DNA of 64,000 bases from Treponemataceae bacterium (lineage in GTDB: Bacteria; Spirochaetota; Spirochaetia; Treponematales; Rectinemataceae). The stretch covers positions 576,001 to 640,000 of the forward strand of contig CAXXHO010000005.1 in NCBI GenBank assembly GCA_963667725.2. The letters are read 5' to 3'. A program made the position numbers and the translations under genes. How positions within the stretch are numbered: the first letter of the stretch is position 1; each line of letters begins with the position of its first letter. The notes under the pieces are model-generated. The model had not been told where the DNA came from and made no database searches. It saw only the letters and a program-made list of their open reading frames with translations. Below are positions 60,039 to 64,000 of this stretch, piece by piece.

Positions 60039-61415
60039 CTATAAGCTACATTTACTCAACAAAGAAAGCGCTTGCCCAAAGCTTCCATCCCGCTCCAGAC
60101 CTTTTTTGTAGAGGGCAATCCAGGCATCGACAACGGACGCCGTCAAAACCCCATCCGTTAATGAGCGGAATTTTAATATTAGCGCTTCTTTGGTAGCGGG
60201 AGATTCAGGCCCCCACGGGAGACCGCCTTCAAGCGACTCAACCCCGCCATCAACAAAGCAGACGTCCACGCCTACTCCGAACTTTTGAGGAAATGCCATA
60301 TCCTTCTCGGCATCACTAACAATCCTGATTTTTCGCGACGCGTCCCTCACCTCGTCCGATATCCTAAAAGGAAGCTCAAACTCATTTCGCCCAAGTCTCC
60401 CCGCTACAAGCAAGGCTCCCAATGTATAAGGGATGCTATATTGGGTTTTTACTTTTCGATCAAAAGGGTCGCGGGAATCGTACAGTTTCAAAAACGCCGG
60501 ACCGCGAACCACTACCTCGCTTACGGCCTGGCATGGGTGCCGCGCGAGAACGGCTTCCAGCAGGGAAGCGGGAGCGTGCAACCACCGACAACAAGGATAA
60601 GGCTTAAAGTAACTCTCCATCAGCAGGAAACGTTGTCCCAGATCAGCCAACGCGGTCTCTTTACGCTCCGCGGAAAGCGCTTCACCCCCAAAAATTACCC
60701 CCAACCCGTTTTCTGCCTCAAAGGTATCGGTATCTCCGCATAAGCCCATAGCAGCGAAGTCCATCATCCGAATTCCCAGGAAGTCAGGCCATCCTGAATA
60801 AAAATCCTTCACGGTCGCGCCGCTGACCGCGGTACTGTACGGGCCTACCGGCGCGAGACAAGCGTTTGCCAACCCTCCGGCGATAACCGATGCCGGCAAG
60901 CCCAAGACTTTCCCGACGCCTGCGGCCGCGGCAAACGCGCCCATTGCGCAGGGGAAATGTATTTTCTTCTCCAGCATTCGCGCTGCATATAAACGACTTA
61001 TCCTGGTCCCAACCTCATATGCGCATACTATTCCAAGAACAAGCTGCTTGCCATCGCCATTGCCACGCTCAACCATGGAGAATATCGCTGGGATCGATGC
61101 GCTTCCCCAATGCCCCCCAAGAGACACGCCATCATCAAATTCTAAATGGTAGCCCAGGCACCCATGGGCCATCGCGGCTTCGGCATAGCCAGCTTTTTTG
61201 CCGGTTCCCCAAAGCGTTACATCCCCAGCCGCGTTAAAACGGCTCATTCTATCCAGCAACTCGGGATTTCCATCAACGTTCAACGCACCATAATAACATC
61301 CAACAAGATCGAAGAACGCGTCATTCGCTTTGGATACTACCTGCGGCGGCAACCGCGAAAAGGTAATAGCTGCGGTGAACTCCCCGAGTCGTTCCAGTAA
61401 GGTTAAATCAGACAT
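60039..61415 (-). CDS. MmgE/PrpD-family protein
   Basis: LEFDDG..GH, AYEV, YFKPYPCCRWLH, QYSIPY, KFRSL. Confidence 0.88.
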   Translation of the reverse strand: MSDLTLLERLGEFTAAITFSRLPPQVVSKANDAFFDLVGCYYGALNVDGNPELLDRMSRFNAAGDVTLWGTGKKAGYAEAAMAHGCLGYHLEFDDGVSLGGHWGSASIPAIFSMVERGNGDGKQLVLGIVCAYEVGTRISRLYAARMLEKKIHFPCAMGAFAAAAGVGKVLGLPASVIAGGLANACLAPVGPYSTAVSGATVKDFYSGWPDFLGIRMMDFAAMGLCGDTDTFEAENGLGVIFGGEALSAERKETALADLGQRFLLMESYFKPYPCCRWLHAPASLLEAVLARHPCQAVSEVVVRGPAFLKLYDSRDPFDRKVKTQYSIPYTLGALLVAGRLGRNEFELPFRISDEVRDASRKIRIVSDAEKDMAFPQKFGVGVDVCFVDGGVESLEGGLPWGPESPATKEALILKFRSLTDGVLTASVVDAWIALYKKGLERDGSFGQALSLLSKCSL

Positions 61416-62724
61416 GCTTCTCAGCTTCTCCGTCGAGCATTTCAAACCGAGCGCCCACCTTGTTCATTATTTCATAGAAGCCAGGGAATGAGACACTACA
61501 GCATTCCGCATCGTTCACGATCACCGACCCATCCGTAATTGCCATCCCGCATACCGCCATCGCCATGGCAATCCGATGATCGTCATAGCTTTCCACGACG
61601 CCGCCGTGTAGCGGAAGTCCTCCGTGAATCTCGAGAAAGTCAGGCCCCTCTAAAAGCTCGGCGCCCAGTTTCTCTAACTCGCGCTTCATCAATGTGATTC
61701 TATCCGATTCCTTCAGACGACATACCCCAATATCGGTAAAGCGCGATACACCCTGAGCAAATGCGGCAACCACCGAAAGAACCGGAAGCGCGTCGGGAAA
61801 ATCCGAACAGGTCGCGGTTATTCCATGGAGAGCCGTTCCCCCTTTCACGGTGAGGCACTCGTTAACTTTATCCACGACGATATCAGCTCCCATTCTGCGC
61901 AATACATCCACGATCGCCTCATCACCCTGGCTTCCAGAACAATCGATATGGTCAATGCGGAGCGTCGATCCCGTCAATATAGCGGCAGCCAACGGAAACG
62001 CTATCCCTTCCCAATCGGAAGGAATAGCTCGCTCAAAACGTCTAAACTTTTTGGGGCCCTCGATTTCCAGCCATGATAGATTTTCTTTATCGTAGGCAAC
62101 ATCGATACCAACCGACCGCAGCCAATCTATGGTCATCTTCACAAATGGAATTTCTTTAGGCCTGGTAAGCTCGATGCGAGTCTTACCCGAAGTCAACGCT
62201 CCAGCCATGAGCAGGCCGCTGACATGCTGGGAGAGTTCTCCTTCCATGACTACCGTTCCACAGTGCACAGGCCCCTTCAGGATTACAGGCGGAGCGTTCA
62301 CGGTATCACGCGTAGTAAAGGCTTGGGCGCCTAATTGCCGCAACGCTGCCAGCTGATCGTTTATTGGACGGGTACATATGGACTTGTCTCCCGTAATCAC
62401 TGCCCATCCACGAATTGTTGAGACAATCCCGGTAAGGAAATGGAGCAAGGTGCCAGAATTCCCCACATCCAGCACGCACGATGGCTGCTTGAGGTTGCCG
62501 GCGATGCCGGTAACAAACCACCCCTCATCGGTAAAGCGTACTTTCGCGCCCAAATCTTGGATTACCCGCATGCATGACAAACAGTCGGCGCTTGGCAGAG
62601 GATTGATAATTTTCGATTCACCTTCAGCTAAAGCCGCGAACAGCCCCGCGCGAATGGTATGGCTCTTAGATCCAGGAACAGAAAGGCTTCCGGATATTTG
62701 TGTGGCAGTTGTCTTTATTTTCAT
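61408..62724 (-). CDS. aroA: 3-phosphoshikimate 1-carboxyvinyltransferase (EPSP synthase) homolog
   Basis: PGSKS, GNSGT, RP, QGD, RLKESDRI, DDHRIAM, SFPGF. Confidence 0.88.
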   Translation of the reverse strand: MKIKTTATQISGSLSVPGSKSHTIRAGLFAALAEGESKIINPLPSADCLSCMRVIQDLGAKVRFTDEGWFVTGIAGNLKQPSCVLDVGNSGTLLHFLTGIVSTIRGWAVITGDKSICTRPINDQLAALRQLGAQAFTTRDTVNAPPVILKGPVHCGTVVMEGELSQHVSGLLMAGALTSGKTRIELTRPKEIPFVKMTIDWLRSVGIDVAYDKENLSWLEIEGPKKFRRFERAIPSDWEGIAFPLAAAILTGSTLRIDHIDCSGSQGDEAIVDVLRRMGADIVVDKVNECLTVKGGTALHGITATCSDFPDALPVLSVVAAFAQGVSRFTDIGVCRLKESDRITLMKRELEKLGAELLEGPDFLEIHGGLPLHGGVVESYDDHRIAMAMAVCGMAITDGSVIVNDAECCSVSFPGFYEIMNKVGARFEMLDGEAEKHV

Positions 62725-64000
62725 GCGTGTCCTCTCGTCAGGCGTTTCATCGCGCCATGCAGCGCCTTATTTATAATTGGGATATTTCCTGCAAGCGAGA
62801 ATAACGTTAGCAAAATTAAAATGATGGTAATCGGGTGAATGAAGGTGTTAGCGAATGGATTCTCGCTGCCAATAGCCAGCGACATCGCCCTACGGAAGTT
62901 ATTATCCATAAGCGTCCCCAGCACCATTCCCAACACCATCGCGGCTGGCGAGTATCCATGGTCTTTCATATAATATCCGATCACGCCAAATACAATCATC
63001 ACAAATACTTCATACATACTATTCGTATTTGCATAGGCGCCAACAATGCACAACACCATTATGATTGGAAACAGCACTTTTTTCGAGATCTTTACTACCC
63101 TGGCTAGAAGCGGCGCGGTCGTGTAGCCAAGCAATAGCAGGAATACGCACCCCAGCAATCCGCCAGCAACGATAACATTGAATAATTCCGGAGTCTGCGT
63201 GAACAGCAGCGGCCCCGGCACCAAACCGTGGATATAGAATACGGATAATATGATCATGGTCACCGAATCGCCAGGGATCCCCAACGCGAGCATAGGGATC
63301 AAGGCGCCGCCAATTACCGCGTTATTCGCGGTCTCGCTAGCGATGACCCCTTCGATCGCTCCTTCACCAAAAGGCACGGAAGGATGCTTTACCGTCCGCT
63401 TAGCGTTATCGTAAGAGAGCAAGGCGGCAATAGGAGCCCCAGCCCCAGGCAGGATACCCACGAAGATGCCGATTATCGAAGCGCGAATAGCAAGCTTCCA
63501 TTGTCGCAATATCGGCTTTAGCTCAAATCCTTTTTTGCTGATTTTTAGGATTTCCGCCTTCAAGCCTATCTCGTTGATTTGTCCTAATACTTCGGAGAAA
63601 CCAAATAGGCCAATCAAAGCAGGAATGACGGGAATACCCGATACCAGCGACTGTATCCCAAACGTGAATCGCGGGAGGCCCATAATCGGATCGATACCCA
63701 CCGTACTCAACAAAACACCGAGTATGGCACAGATTAATCCTTTCAAAAAGTTCTTGGAGGCTATCGATCCTACTGTCGTCAATCCAAAAACTGAAAGAAG
63801 GAAATAATCCATCGGCGAAAACCGCAGAGCGATCATGGACATCGGCCTTGCGATCAGGATAAGCGCCACGATTCCAGCGACACTACCGAAGGTGGATGCT
63901 ATAACGGCTGCCATTATAGCGGTCTTTGCCTTTCCTTGTTTTGCCAAGGGATACCCGTCCAGCGTTGTCGCCACGGCGGACGGAGCTCCTGGGATGTTCA
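62721..64000 (-). CDS. tctA: Tripartite tricarboxylate transporter large permease TctA (5'-truncated by window)
   Basis: NIPGAPSA.ATTLDGYP, GIDP...PRFTFG, GILPGAGA, ETANNA, LGIPGD, GLVPGP. Confidence 0.9.
   Translation of the reverse strand, partial: NIPGAPSAVATTLDGYPLAKQGKAKTAIMAAVIASTFGSVAGIVALILIARPMSMIALRFSPMDYFLLSVFGLTTVGSIASKNFLKGLICAILGVLLSTVGIDPIMGLPRFTFGIQSLVSGIPVIPALIGLFGFSEVLGQINEIGLKAEILKISKKGFELKPILRQWKLAIRASIIGIFVGILPGAGAPIAALLSYDNAKRTVKHPSVPFGEGAIEGVIASETANNAVIGGALIPMLALGIPGDSVTMIILSVFYIHGLVPGPLLFTQTPELFNVIVAGGLLGCVFLLLLGYTTAPLLARVVKISKKVLFPIIMVLCIVGAYANTNSMYEVFVMIVFGVIGYYMKDHGYSPAAMVLGMVLGTLMDNNFRRAMSLAIGSENPFANTFIHPITIILILLTLFSLAGNIPIINKALHGAMKRLTRGHA

Noticed and set aside
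1..64000. Mobile elements, prophage, defence systems, rRNA or tRNA
   Set aside because: No transposase, integrase, phage, nuclease or structural RNA signature recognised

Overview
GC-rich, gene-dense bacterial chromosomal segment with the gene content of a saccharolytic anaerobe (tentatively Spirochaetota-like; not provable from the window). In order: 3' end of feoB; a Zur-like regulator with a znuABC-type operon and a 9-1-9 box; an L-fucose-type locus (ABC importer, PfkB kinase, fucU, LacI, fucI) with a 15-bp tandem array on the LacI ribosome-binding site; a PadR-associated selenium-cofactor operon (xdhC-like, yqeC, yqeB, Cys/Sec lyase, selD, DUF3343-like, yedF); a ChvE-MmsAB sugar importer; a 7TM diguanylate cyclase; a DeoR-led operon joining an E2/E3/fused-E1 dehydrogenase complex to PHP, SDR, FGGY-kinase and SorE-like sugar enzymes; a lipoprotein flavin reductase with two flavinylation motifs; a lower-GC P-type ATPase; a sulfur amino acid cluster (metY, metA, metF, metH, cysK) interrupted by a marR-hgcA-hgcB mercury methylation operon; and the edge of a lower-GC tctA-aroA-prpD-like block. 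The most novel-looking signal is a duplicated ~165-nt leader in front of both metA and metY. It encodes a conserved Met/Cys-containing peptide (25/34 identical, 8 synonymous-only codon changes) overlaid on covarying hairpins, and is a candidate undescribed leader-peptide attenuator for methionine biosynthesis. Also notable: HgcA has a non-canonical cap helix (NLWCAAGK) and follows a Cys-rich MarR gene by a stop/start overlap. No rRNA, tRNA, CRISPR array, transposase or integrase was recognised. Annotation is by eye from motifs; no database searches were run.
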